In this document: positions 34,814-44,019 of the stretch, in pieces
Position numbering within the stretch: position 1 is the stretch's first letter
Layout: the number at the start of each line of letters is the position of its first letter
Origin: Bacteroidota bacterium
GTDB lineage: Bacteria; Bacteroidota; Bacteroidia; 2-12-FULL-35-15
NCBI GenBank assembly: GCA_025963725.1
Contig: JAOQAE010000002.1
Location: 1,115,765 to 1,179,764 of the forward strand
Length of the DNA stretch: 64,000 nucleotides
Direction: 5' to 3'
The notes under the pieces: generated by a model
The model's input: the letters and a program-made list of their open reading frames with translations, nothing else
Database searches by the model: none
What the model was told of the DNA's origin: nothing
Position numbers and translations under genes: made by a program

Positions 34814-35515
34814 ATGGAATTAAACATTGGCAACCGCCAGCTATTTGCTGATATTGAAACGGAACGGACAAAAAAAATGGCCAGCCTCTGCTCGGACTCA
34901 TCCTTCGCAGAGAAGGATCTCCTGGCCGTTCTTGATACGTACAAAAGGCGGGAACCCGAAATAGAAAAAGCGCTGGCGTATGCTAAAACACTTGACTTTT
35001 CAAAAAACCATCTCCGCTCAAGCTATTTAAGCCACCCGATCCGGCTGGCAACTTTCCTTGTAATGATCGATCCGCAGATCGGCACCGACTATATTGTTAT
35101 TGCGCTGCTACACAATGTTCCCGAAACAACAAGCATAACCGCCGAAACGTTAACGGAACTGTTCGGGCCAACCGTTGGGTCGGGAATTAAGGCGCTTGTG
35201 GTGGACAGGAAAGCTGTATTCGCGGAGATCAGGAACGAATATTACAGGAATATTTTTGCAAAAGGCACTTCACTTGTGCTTGTTAAGCTGATCGACAAGA
35301 TCGACAACCTTTTTGTACTTGGCCTGAATGCTGATGATGCCGTGCGGAAGGAATACATTATGGAAATACGGGAAGAGCTTCTTCCCTTTGCCCGTGAATA
35401 CGATCAGCAGCTGGGCAGCTACCTTGAGCGCCTTTTAGAAGATACGGCAGCGCGCGGCTACTCAAAGGAGCTTAAAGACCAGCTGAACCAATACCAGGAA
35501 TCTATAAAACCATGA
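34814..35515 (+). CDS. SpoT/RelA-type HD-domain homolog with substituted catalytic residues (HN and ET in place of HD and ED)
   Basis: SHPIRLATFL...IALLHNVPETT...LFGPTVGSGIKAL...LVLVKLIDKIDNL parallels HPL.VA..L...AALLHDVVEDT...FG..V..LV...IKLADRLHN. Confidence 0.6.
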   Translation: MELNIGNRQLFADIETERTKKMASLCSDSSFAEKDLLAVLDTYKRREPEIEKALAYAKTLDFSKNHLRSSYLSHPIRLATFLVMIDPQIGTDYIVIALLHNVPETTSITAETLTELFGPTVGSGIKALVVDRKAVFAEIRNEYYRNIFAKGTSLVLVKLIDKIDNLFVLGLNADDAVRKEYIMEIREELLPFAREYDQQLGSYLERLLEDTAARGYSKELKDQLNQYQESIKP

Positions 35516-36294
35516 TGAACAAAAGAATTGCATTGATCGGGGGATCGAGCGCCGGAATAGGCAGAGCTATCGCGAACGGACTTCTTGAAAAAGGATTGAA
35601 TGTGATCATCACGGGGCGAAGCGCGAGGCTTGAAAGCACAAAGCTTGAATTACAGGCCAAATTCCCTTCCTCATCGGTGTATGCATTTGCCACTGATTAT
35701 TCTTCATCAGAAGACATCAGCCGGCTGATCGCATCCATTGAAGCAGCCGGGCTTTTCCCCGACGTGCTTGTATTGAATTCGGGAGGCCCGAGGCCAGGCA
35801 CCTTTGACGACATTTCCATTGAAGACTGGGATGCGGCATTCCAGCAGCAATTTAAAAGCTCCATCATGCTGATGAAAGCATTTTTACCCGGCATGAAAAA
35901 AAAGCAATGGGGAAGGATCATTAACATCAGCTCATCCATTGCCATCGAGCCTACACCGGGAATGATCCTTTCGGCAAGCTACAGGGCCATGCTGGTGAAT
36001 GCGCTGAAATCCACTTCATTGCTGGTGGCTAAAGACGGCATCACTATTAACACCTTATGCCCGGGCGCTGTTATGACCGACCGCTTAACCAGCTTGTTTC
36101 AGCAGCAGGCCGACACTGCAGGCAAGTCGCTCGAGGAAATTATAAAAAATGTTGCCGCCACTATTCCTGCACAGCGCATCGCTTCGCCCGAGGATTTTGC
36201 ACACATGGCTGTTTTTCTCGCCGCTGAGGAAGCCAATTATATAACAGGAACGGTGATCCCGGTGGATGGCGGGCTTGTTAAAAAGAGCTTCTAA
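35512..36294 (+). CDS. Short-chain dehydrogenase/reductase family protein (atypical active-site spacing)
   Basis: IALIGGSSAGIGRAI Rossmann motif and ...INTLCPGAVMTD. The expected YxxxK reads YRAML, so Lys is not at +4. ATGA overlap with the upstream gene. Confidence 0.7.
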   Translation: MMNKRIALIGGSSAGIGRAIANGLLEKGLNVIITGRSARLESTKLELQAKFPSSSVYAFATDYSSSEDISRLIASIEAAGLFPDVLVLNSGGPRPGTFDDISIEDWDAAFQQQFKSSIMLMKAFLPGMKKKQWGRIINISSSIAIEPTPGMILSASYRAMLVNALKSTSLLVAKDGITINTLCPGAVMTDRLTSLFQQQADTAGKSLEEIIKNVAATIPAQRIASPEDFAHMAVFLAAEEANYITGTVIPVDGGLVKKSF

Positions 36295-36303
36295 AAGGAC
36301 CAG

Positions 36304-37320
36304 ATGCATCTTTTCCAAAAAAATATTTTTTCAGAAAACACTCCGCAGTTCACAAGGCTGGAGAGCAGCTCTCAAAATGAGCTGGCTGCAGTTATCAATC
36401 GTCATTACCCCAGGCTTACTATCAGGGAAATAGCTGTAGCCGGCGCCTTTGAGATCAACAGCAATAACTGGAAAGTTGTGACGGATAACGGCACGTATCT
36501 TTTTAAGCGCTCCGATCTCAGCAAACTGGACGCATTAACTGCACAATCGGCGATCACTGCTGATCTAAAGGCGATGGGAATTCCTACACTGGAGTTTGTG
36601 CCGGACAGCGGGGGAAAGATCATTTGCAGCGACGGAAAGCATGCATACTGCCTGAGCGTGTTCCAGGAAGGGAATTACTTCGGCTCCTCGGAAGAACAAT
36701 GGAAAGAGCTGCTAACACATCTCGCGGCTTTATTTCAATCGTGCAGAACCATCGACGCAGGTAATTTTACCGGCATCCCTGTCCGCAGCTTTTTTACTTC
36801 AGAAGAAGATCAGCTTATCGACTTCCTGAAAACACTCCCTGAAATCAAACAAATCAATAAAGAACAGCTTGCCTTTGTAATAGCCGAGCATGAATTGCTT
36901 GCTCAAAAAAAAGATCCGCTGCCCGCGCCGGGGATCTTTCATGTCGATATCCATCCGCATAACCTTATCTTTAAGGAAAATCGCCTGGTGCTTTTAACAG
37001 ACTTCGAAGCTTTCCAGCTCACGGTGCCGGAAATAAGCCTTGGATTTGGCCTGTACAAATGCATGCGGCAGTTATTGGCGGTATGTGAAGAATCGGAAAG
37101 AGACAGTGCGATAAGGCGGGTGCAAAAAGAATGTGAAACGATCTTCAGCAGCCATACACTTTACGGTCTGCTCCAGCTCGGAAAAGCCGACGTCATCAAA
37201 AGAATACTTCACATCTTAAAAGAGTTAACCGAAACAGGGGCATCCCGCTGGCTTTTCGCCCTTGAGATCCAGCTTGCTTCCCTTTATGAAATCAATGCCA
37301 TCAGCAGGCTTTTAAAATAA
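36304..37320 (+). CDS. Aminoglycoside/choline-kinase-fold (APH family) small-molecule kinase
   Basis: FHVDIHPHNLIF matches the HxDxxxxN catalytic loop, and LLTDFE is the DFG-equivalent. Confidence 0.7.
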   Translation: MHLFQKNIFSENTPQFTRLESSSQNELAAVINRHYPRLTIREIAVAGAFEINSNNWKVVTDNGTYLFKRSDLSKLDALTAQSAITADLKAMGIPTLEFVPDSGGKIICSDGKHAYCLSVFQEGNYFGSSEEQWKELLTHLAALFQSCRTIDAGNFTGIPVRSFFTSEEDQLIDFLKTLPEIKQINKEQLAFVIAEHELLAQKKDPLPAPGIFHVDIHPHNLIFKENRLVLLTDFEAFQLTVPEISLGFGLYKCMRQLLAVCEESERDSAIRRVQKECETIFSSHTLYGLLQLGKADVIKRILHILKELTETGASRWLFALEIQLASLYEINAISRLLK

Positions 37321-37327
37321 TTTTATC

Positions 37328-38122
37328 ATGACTACAGATCTCAGCAACATTCACATTGCCACTATTATCGCCTGCAGGCTTAAATCAACACGGCTTCCGC
37401 GCAAAGCGCTGCTGAAGATAGGTGAGCTGCCATCCGTGGAATACTGCATAAAAAGCGCGCTGCAGTTTCAGAATGTAAGAACAACAGTGCTGGCAACTTC
37501 TACCGTTCCCGAGGATGCGGTCCTCGAAAAGCATACGTACAGCCCGGAAGTAAAATTTTTCAAAGGCGATCCGGAAGATGTAATGCAGCGCTACGTGGAT
37601 GTGGTCAACAAATACAATATCGATGTGTTTGTGAGGGTAACGGCTGACATGCCTTTCCTTTCCGATGAGATCCTGCAATTCCTGCTGCGCTCCCATTTTG
37701 AAAGCAAAGCAGATTATACTATCGGAACAAAAGCTGCCATCGGCACCAACCTCGAGATCATTAATGCTTCTGCGCTGATCAGGGCCAAAAGCTTTTTCCC
37801 GAATGCCGATTATTCGGAATATATGTCGTACTACTTCACTAATAATCCGGAGTACTTCAAGCTTAACCGGGTTGAGCTCCCGGAAGAGCTGGTAAGGGAT
37901 TACAGGCTGACGCTCGATTATGAAGAGGACCTGGTATTGTTCAACATCATTGAAGGGCATCTTTCAAAAAACAAGCTTGCGCCTTCCTTTAAAAATATTT
38001 TTGCCTTCCTGGACAACAACCCGGAGATCGCGAAGATCAACCAGTCGCTGCTCGTAAAATACACAGGGGATCCAACGCTGGTAGAAACGCTTAACAGGGT
38101 AACGAAGATCCCGAAGCCATGA
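37328..38122 (+). CDS. SpsF/NeuA-type cytidylyltransferase (CTP_transf_3), candidate CMP-nonulosonate synthetase (PseF role)
   Basis: IATIIACRLKSTRLPRKALLKIG N-terminal motif, as in SpsF-like cytidylyltransferases. It sits between the kinase and pseG. Confidence 0.6.
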   Translation: MTTDLSNIHIATIIACRLKSTRLPRKALLKIGELPSVEYCIKSALQFQNVRTTVLATSTVPEDAVLEKHTYSPEVKFFKGDPEDVMQRYVDVVNKYNIDVFVRVTADMPFLSDEILQFLLRSHFESKADYTIGTKAAIGTNLEIINASALIRAKSFFPNADYSEYMSYYFTNNPEYFKLNRVELPEELVRDYRLTLDYEEDLVLFNIIEGHLSKNKLAPSFKNIFAFLDNNPEIAKINQSLLVKYTGDPTLVETLNRVTKIPKP

Positions 38123-39594
38123 TGAAAAAAAAGAGGATGATATTCCGGGCTGACGGAGATCTTGTAGCGGGCTATGGCCATGTGATAAGGTCATTAAGTC
38201 TTGCTGCCATTCTTAAAAATAAATACCACTGCGTTTTTATCATCCGCTCGCCGGATGTTTTTCTGAAGAAACAGATCGCGGAAATATGCGATGAGCTGAT
38301 CGAGCTGCCGGGGAACGGGACCTATAAAACAGAGGCAGGAAGGCTTGCCAAGGAATTTATACAAAAAGAAGACATTGTGATCCTGGATGGATACGGCTAT
38401 GATGCCGCATACCAGTCAGCTCTAAAGCCGGCTTGCTTTAAGCTGGTTTGCATCGATGACATACATGACAGGCACTTCATTTCCGATGTGGTCATTAATC
38501 ACAGCGAGGGCATCAGGCGTTCGGATTATTCAGCAGAGTTCTATACAAAATTTTACCTGGGAACACAGTATGCTATTCTAAGGAAAGCATTCTTTGTAAA
38601 AAAAAGAAATTATTTACCTCTCAGCAACAACAAGCACCGGGTGTTTATAAATCTGGGCGGAACCGACCAGCAGAATTATACGCAGAGAGCGCTTCAGCTC
38701 TGCCTGGGAAACAAGAATATTCAATCAATAGATATTGTTACGGGAAGCTACTATAAGCACCTCGATGAGCTGAAGCAGGTGATCAGCGCGAATAAAAATT
38801 TCAAGATCAGGCTGCATTTCAATCTCACTGAAAAGCAAATGGCCGCATTAATGAAAAGGTCGGCTGCAGGCATCTGTTCGGCAAGCACGGTTTCTTACGA
38901 GTATTCATGCCTTGGAGGCATGTTATTTATTTACCAGACGGTTTCCAACCAGAAAAACATATACTCTTTCCTTATTAAAACCGGTTGTGCATTTCCGGCA
39001 GCCACATTCAACAGGCAGATCGCTGGTATGAGCGCTGCGGCTAAAAAAGAAAGTTATTTTATTAACCGCAGCCGCTACTTTTCCGGTAATTCGCCTGATC
39101 ATCTGCGATCCGTTTTTAAGCAACTGGAATCGGAGAGGGACATTACGATCAGGCAGGCTGCTCCCGGCGACCTGCTTACTTATTTCCGCTGGGCGAACGA
39201 CCCTTCCGTAAGGCAAAACGCCGTAAATACAGCTTCCATAGCCCTTGAGGATCATACAAAATGGTTTAAGGGAAAACTAAAGAACAAGGGGGCAAAGCTT
39301 TATGTAATAGAAAAAGCAAATACCCCGATAGGACAGGTACGTTTAGATAAAGCGGAGAACGGCTGGGAGGTGGATTATTCCATTGACAAAAAATTCAGGG
39401 GTAAAGGCTTTGGAGAGATCATTCTCAGGTTTGCGATCATTCAGTTCCGTAAAAAGCATTCCGACCCGGTGATCGCCAGGGTGAAGCGCATAAATGTAGC
39501 CTCCAATAAGGTATTCCTCAGGCTGAACTTTAAAGAGGATAAGGCACAAAAGATCGGCAGGGAGACCTACAAGTGCTATTCGCTTGAAGGATGA
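38119..39594 (+). CDS. pseG: PseG (UDP-sugar hydrolase) fused to a PseH-like GNAT N-acetyltransferase
   Basis: The N-terminus MIFRADGDLVAGYGHVIRSLSLAAIL matches the PseG start (FR.D....GxGH..R). The C-terminal region of about 160 aa, ITIRQAAPGDLLTYFRWANDP...IDKKFRGKGFGEIIL, is a GNAT fold. It is one uninterrupted 491-aa ORF. Confidence 0.75.
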   Translation: MMKKKRMIFRADGDLVAGYGHVIRSLSLAAILKNKYHCVFIIRSPDVFLKKQIAEICDELIELPGNGTYKTEAGRLAKEFIQKEDIVILDGYGYDAAYQSALKPACFKLVCIDDIHDRHFISDVVINHSEGIRRSDYSAEFYTKFYLGTQYAILRKAFFVKKRNYLPLSNNKHRVFINLGGTDQQNYTQRALQLCLGNKNIQSIDIVTGSYYKHLDELKQVISANKNFKIRLHFNLTEKQMAALMKRSAAGICSASTVSYEYSCLGGMLFIYQTVSNQKNIYSFLIKTGCAFPAATFNRQIAGMSAAAKKESYFINRSRYFSGNSPDHLRSVFKQLESERDITIRQAAPGDLLTYFRWANDPSVRQNAVNTASIALEDHTKWFKGKLKNKGAKLYVIEKANTPIGQVRLDKAENGWEVDYSIDKKFRGKGFGEIILRFAIIQFRKKHSDPVIARVKRINVASNKVFLRLNFKEDKAQKIGRETYKCYSLEG

Positions 39595-39624
39595 TGCGCT
39601 TATCTCTTTCTGCCAAAGTATTCT

Positions 39625-39632
39625 TACATTTG
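39625..39632 (+). promoter_or_regulatory. Putative internal -7 box TACATTTG
   Basis: TAnnTTTG match in the 64-bp gap upstream of pseI. Confidence 0.35.
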
Positions 39633-39658
39633 CATTTCACGTGCTTCAATAGCTAAAA

Positions 39659-40693
39659 ATGAGAAAAACAATTGATACCAATTTTTTCCGGATAGGTGCT
39701 GAACAGCCATGTTATGTGATCGCTGAAATTGGCAGCAATCATAACGGGAATTTTGATATGGCCTGTGAAATGATCGAAAAGGCGGCGGCGGCGGGAGTAA
39801 ATGCCGTTAAATTCCAGACCTTTAAGGCAAAGGAGCATTATTCAAAAAAAACCCCGAAGATCGGTTTATACAAGGAAGGCATTTATGAGCTGATCGAGAA
39901 GCTGGAGATCGACCGTACCTGGCATTCGAAGCTTGCCGCTGTATGCTCCCGCTCAAAGATCGATTTTTTAGACTCTCCCTGTGATCATGAAGCAATAAAC
40001 ATAGCTGTTTCGGTAGGCATGCCGCTTATTAAGATCGCATCTTATGACATGGTGGATGTAAGGCTCGTAAGTGAGATCGCGCGTACAGGAAAGAGCGTTA
40101 TGTTCTCAACGGGAATGTCGACCACCGCTGAAATAGAAGCCGCGGTAAATATCTGCAGGTCCAACAACAACGATAACATAATTATCCTGCAGTGCACATC
40201 CCTGTACCCTGCCCCTGCCCATCTCAGCAACCTGAAAGCGATGCACACCATCGCCAATATGTTCAATGTGATCACAGGATATTCCGACCATACCCTGGGC
40301 GATCATATTCCCTGCGCAGCTGTTGCCATGGGTGCCAAAGTAATTGAAAAGCATTACACGCTCGGCAGGGGGCTTCCCGGCCCCGATCATAATTTTGCCA
40401 TAGAGCCGGAGGAGCTGAAAATAATGATGGAACGGATCCGCGACATTGAAAGCGCGATCGGCGATGGGATCAAGAATGGCCCGCGTGCTGAAGAAATGGA
40501 GCTTTTTACAAAAGCCAGGAGAAGCATTATCGCAAAAAATAAAATAAGCAAAGGGCAGGTCATTGCCGAGGGCGATATAGTGATCAAACGGCCAGGCATG
40601 GGAATTCATCCTTCACAGATCGCTCTTGTAGTAGGAAAAAAAGCGTTGCAGGATATTGATGAGGACGAGCCTATAACATGGGAAATGATATGA
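39659..40693 (+). CDS. pseI: Pseudaminic acid synthase / NeuB-family nonulosonate synthase
   Basis: CYVIAEIGSNHNGNFDMACEMIEKAAAAGVNAVKFQTF, GYSDHTLG, and a C-terminal SAF domain (IAKNKISKGQVIAEGDIVIKRPG). Confidence 0.85.
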   Translation: MRKTIDTNFFRIGAEQPCYVIAEIGSNHNGNFDMACEMIEKAAAAGVNAVKFQTFKAKEHYSKKTPKIGLYKEGIYELIEKLEIDRTWHSKLAAVCSRSKIDFLDSPCDHEAINIAVSVGMPLIKIASYDMVDVRLVSEIARTGKSVMFSTGMSTTAEIEAAVNICRSNNNDNIIILQCTSLYPAPAHLSNLKAMHTIANMFNVITGYSDHTLGDHIPCAAVAMGAKVIEKHYTLGRGLPGPDHNFAIEPEELKIMMERIRDIESAIGDGIKNGPRAEEMELFTKARRSIIAKNKISKGQVIAEGDIVIKRPGMGIHPSQIALVVGKKALQDIDEDEPITWEMI

Positions 40694-41637
40694 GCAGGAA
40701 AAGAATATTGCTGTCAGGACTTGGTGGTTCCCTGTTCCCATACCTTCACAATAAGCTGAAGGAAACCTACGATGTTTATTATGTTGATGCAGACGCTTCA
40801 CTGAAGGAGCTTTACCCGGGCTATAATTTTTTCCCTGCCCCGCTCGTTACCGATCCGTCCTATCCATCTTTTATAAAAGAGCTCGTGGCAACTTATTCTA
40901 TTGAGCTATATGCCCCGCTGATAGATGAAGAGATCGAAATTGCCCATGACATTAAAGATCAGATCCCCTCGCTGAACCTCTTATCTCCCAAAAGAGATTT
41001 CTGCCGCCTGGCGATGCGAAAAGACCTGCTGATGAAAGCGCTCGAAGAGCACCGGATCTCCAGCATTGCCACCTGGACCGGCGATGAGTTCACATGGAAG
41101 GATGGTATTTACTTTGTGAAGCCGATCTCCGGCAGGGGAAGCCGGGGCATCAGAAGAATAACTTCGGAAGATGAGCTGAAGGCCTATTACCTGCTGGAAA
41201 ATTATGATCCGGCCGAGATCCTTGTACAGGAATGCATAGAAGGCCAGGAATACACCGTGGGCGTGCTTATCAACCAAACAGATGATATTATTCTTTTAAG
41301 CTCAAGAAAGATCCTGAAAAAGAAAGGCATTACCATAAAGGCGGTCACAGAACAAAATCCGGCCATAAGTGAAGCGATCCGGAAGATCAATCAGTGCTTA
41401 ACACCCAAAGGCCCGATCAATGTGCAGCTCTACATTACAAATGCCGGCGAGGTAAAGATCTTTGAAATAAATCCCCGGTTTTCCACCACTACCATTATGA
41501 GCTATGAAGCCGGGATCGATGAGATCGGGTTATGGCTTCAGCATCATGATACCCCGTATCAGGATAGCGCCATTTCCCCGGAAGATGGCCTTATACTTCA
41601 CAGAAGATGGGAAAATTTATTTTATGAGCAACGGTAA
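40690..41637 (+). CDS. ATP-grasp domain ligase
   Basis: YFVKPISGRGSRGI, LVQECIEGQEYTV and FEINPRFS motifs. Start placed at the ATGA overlap with the pseI stop. The alternative upstream ATG at 40678 is the one used in the ORF track. Confidence 0.75.
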   Translation: MSRKRILLSGLGGSLFPYLHNKLKETYDVYYVDADASLKELYPGYNFFPAPLVTDPSYPSFIKELVATYSIELYAPLIDEEIEIAHDIKDQIPSLNLLSPKRDFCRLAMRKDLLMKALEEHRISSIATWTGDEFTWKDGIYFVKPISGRGSRGIRRITSEDELKAYYLLENYDPAEILVQECIEGQEYTVGVLINQTDDIILLSSRKILKKKGITIKAVTEQNPAISEAIRKINQCLTPKGPINVQLYITNAGEVKIFEINPRFSTTTIMSYEAGIDEIGLWLQHHDTPYQDSAISPEDGLILHRRWENLFYEQR

Positions 41638-42508
41638 AAAAAACATATTGCTGGTTGGCGGCGCAGGTTACCTGGGCTCACATCTAAAAGAGCTCCTTTC
41701 TTTATACAATGTATTTTATACTTCGCGAACAAAAAAGCCAGGCGCGATCGAGCTCGACCTTTTGAAAAAGGAAACTTTTGATAACATTGCATCTGTTCCT
41801 TATGACCTGATCATCCTTCTTGCCTCATCCCTGAAAGGCCTTGGCACTTCTGAGCTGGATGCAGCATATCTCGATACCGATACTACAGGCCTCTCCGGCT
41901 TTCTGCAATTTATTTCCGTGAATAAGCTAAGCAGTAAGCTTATTTATGTTTCATCTATGACGGTGTATGGAAAGAAGGATCGCCTGCCTGTTAAGGAAGA
42001 CGCTGTTCCTGAACCGATCAGCACTTATGGATTAAGTAAAGTATTAGGTGAAACCATCTTTGGGTTTTACTGCAATTCAGGTGCTGCAAGGGGCGTAATT
42101 TTAAGGATCCCGGGAATCTATGGAGGACAAAGGAAGTCGGGCTTTATTTACAACACAGCAATGAAATGCGCCGGAAATGAGCCCCTGGAGATGGATACAT
42201 CCGGCCTCGGCTATTGGGAAACAATTCACATCCATGATCTTTCCACCTGGATCAGCGAATTCATACGCAATTATACCTGGGAAGAAAATATAAACACTTT
42301 TAATATCGGCTACGGGATCAAAACCGATTTTATTGAATGTGCAGGACTGATCAGGACAATGCTCGAGTCCTCCTCCGAAATACAGGTAAGGGGAGCAAAA
42401 GGGTATACCGACTTTTATCTCGATAATTCAAAAATAAAAAAATACGCTTCAGTTACAGACAACTATCAGGCATCGCTGAAAAATTATTTAAAGGGGTTTA
42501 GATCATGA
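41624..42508 (+). CDS. NAD-dependent epimerase/dehydratase family protein
   Basis: ORF 41504-42508 trimmed to the ATG at 41624, giving MSNGKKNILLVGGAGYLGSHL. YGLSKVLGE matches YxxxK. Confidence 0.75.
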   Translation: MSNGKKNILLVGGAGYLGSHLKELLSLYNVFYTSRTKKPGAIELDLLKKETFDNIASVPYDLIILLASSLKGLGTSELDAAYLDTDTTGLSGFLQFISVNKLSSKLIYVSSMTVYGKKDRLPVKEDAVPEPISTYGLSKVLGETIFGFYCNSGAARGVILRIPGIYGGQRKSGFIYNTAMKCAGNEPLEMDTSGLGYWETIHIHDLSTWISEFIRNYTWEENINTFNIGYGIKTDFIECAGLIRTMLESSSEIQVRGAKGYTDFYLDNSKIKKYASVTDNYQASLKNYLKGFRS

Positions 42509-43239
42509 ACTTTGTGATCGGTGATATACACGGGGAATTCACTAAGCTCAAAAAGCTTATAGAAAATATCCTTGCGCTCGAGAAAGACCCTACGCTTATC
42601 TTCATCGGAGATTACACCAATAAAGGAGAAGACCCTTACCAGACATTAAAGCTGCTGGCCGCGCTTCAGCAAGAAAAAGAATGTATTTTTTTAAGAGGGA
42701 ACCATGAGTATTTCTGGGAAGCGCTCACAAGCGATTCGGGAAAAGATGCGGAAGCATTAATGAAGTACGGGGCACAGAATACCATCTCGTCGATAGGCGG
42801 CAATCCGGGCCTTTGCGAAGCGAAAGAGCTGCTCTATTCGGAGTTTCCCGCTCTCTTAACGAACCTTCGCAGCTATTACCTTTCCGACAATTATGTAATC
42901 ACCCACAGCGGGATCCCACCTTCCGAATATGAAAATGAGCTTGATAAAATACCTGCTGATAAGTTCCTGTTCAACCGCTATGATTTCATAAGCCTTCAGA
43001 AGCTGTACCTGAACAGGAAAATTATTTTCGGGCACACCGGCTTTTACTCCCCTTTTTATGATGGATACAAGATCGGGATAGATACCGCAGCCTGTTACCT
43101 CGAAGACCAGCCGCTGACCTCATTTTGTACAAGTGACGACTTTTTCCTAAATTCCGCTAACCGTATTACGCGGTTATCCGAGATCGATCAATCCTTTTGT
43201 CCGGCAATACCCAGGGTTAAAGCCTGGAGGCAAAAATAA
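42505..43239 (+). CDS. Calcineurin-like metallophosphoesterase (PPP / ApaH-PrpE-like)
   Basis: FVIGDIHGEF, FIGDYTNKGED, LRGNHE and GHTG motifs. ATGA overlap with the upstream gene. Confidence 0.8.
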   Translation: MNFVIGDIHGEFTKLKKLIENILALEKDPTLIFIGDYTNKGEDPYQTLKLLAALQQEKECIFLRGNHEYFWEALTSDSGKDAEALMKYGAQNTISSIGGNPGLCEAKELLYSEFPALLTNLRSYYLSDNYVITHSGIPPSEYENELDKIPADKFLFNRYDFISLQKLYLNRKIIFGHTGFYSPFYDGYKIGIDTAACYLEDQPLTSFCTSDDFFLNSANRITRLSEIDQSFCPAIPRVKAWRQK

Positions 43240-43251
43240 AAACACAAAAAA

Positions 43252-43962
43252 ATGATAGAATTCCTGAAGAACAAAAGAATTATGGTAGTAGTTGCACATC
43301 CCGATGATGAGCTGCTTGGGCTGGGTGCCACTATTCATAAGCTGGTGCATGAGCACGGTGTAAAAACCCACCTTGTGATCCTTGGAGAGGGAATAACATC
43401 CCGCTCCGACCAGCGTGATGTTGAAGCCTGGAAAAAAGAGCTGGAGACCCACAAAAAAAACATTCATGCGGCAAAAGACAGCATCGGCTATCACACCGTA
43501 AGCATCCACGACTTTCCTGATAACAGGTTTGACAGCGTGGCCCTCCTCGATATCGTAAAGGTGATCGAAAAAGAAAAAGCTGCCTTTATGCCTGACGTGA
43601 TCTTTACACATCACGGAGGCGACCTCAATATCGATCATCAGCGTACCTTCGAAGCTGTTGTAACAGCAATAAGGCCGATGGAGCACGAGAAGGTATCGAC
43701 GCTGATCACCTTTGAAACACCATCGGGCACCGAATGGCGGGCCTCCACCGATCCACGGCACTTCATCCCCAACCTTTTCTTTGAAGTATCGGAAGACGAT
43801 CTCAATGCAAAGATCAGGGGAATGGAATTCTATGAATTCGAAAAAAGAAAATATCCGCATCCGCGTTCCCCTGAAGCGTTAAGGATCCAATGCCAGCGAT
43901 GGGGCGTGGCTGTCGGCAGGCAATATGCCGAAGCGTTCCACCTGGTAAGGCAGATCTGCTAA
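43252..43962 (+). CDS. PIG-L / LmbE family de-N-acetylase
   Basis: IMVVVAHPDDELLGLGATI zinc-binding motif, followed by HHGGDLNIDH. Confidence 0.8.
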   Translation: MIEFLKNKRIMVVVAHPDDELLGLGATIHKLVHEHGVKTHLVILGEGITSRSDQRDVEAWKKELETHKKNIHAAKDSIGYHTVSIHDFPDNRFDSVALLDIVKVIEKEKAAFMPDVIFTHHGGDLNIDHQRTFEAVVTAIRPMEHEKVSTLITFETPSGTEWRASTDPRHFIPNLFFEVSEDDLNAKIRGMEFYEFEKRKYPHPRSPEALRIQCQRWGVAVGRQYAEAFHLVRQIC

Positions 43963-43982
43963 GCCGGAATAAATAAAAATAG

Positions 43983-43990
43983 TATATTTG
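43983..43990 (+). promoter_or_regulatory. Putative -7 box TATATTTG
   Basis: TAnnTTTG match 29 nt upstream of the ATG at 44020. Confidence 0.4.
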
Positions 43991-44019
43991 AATTAACTAA
44001 TCCACTAAAACAATCACGT

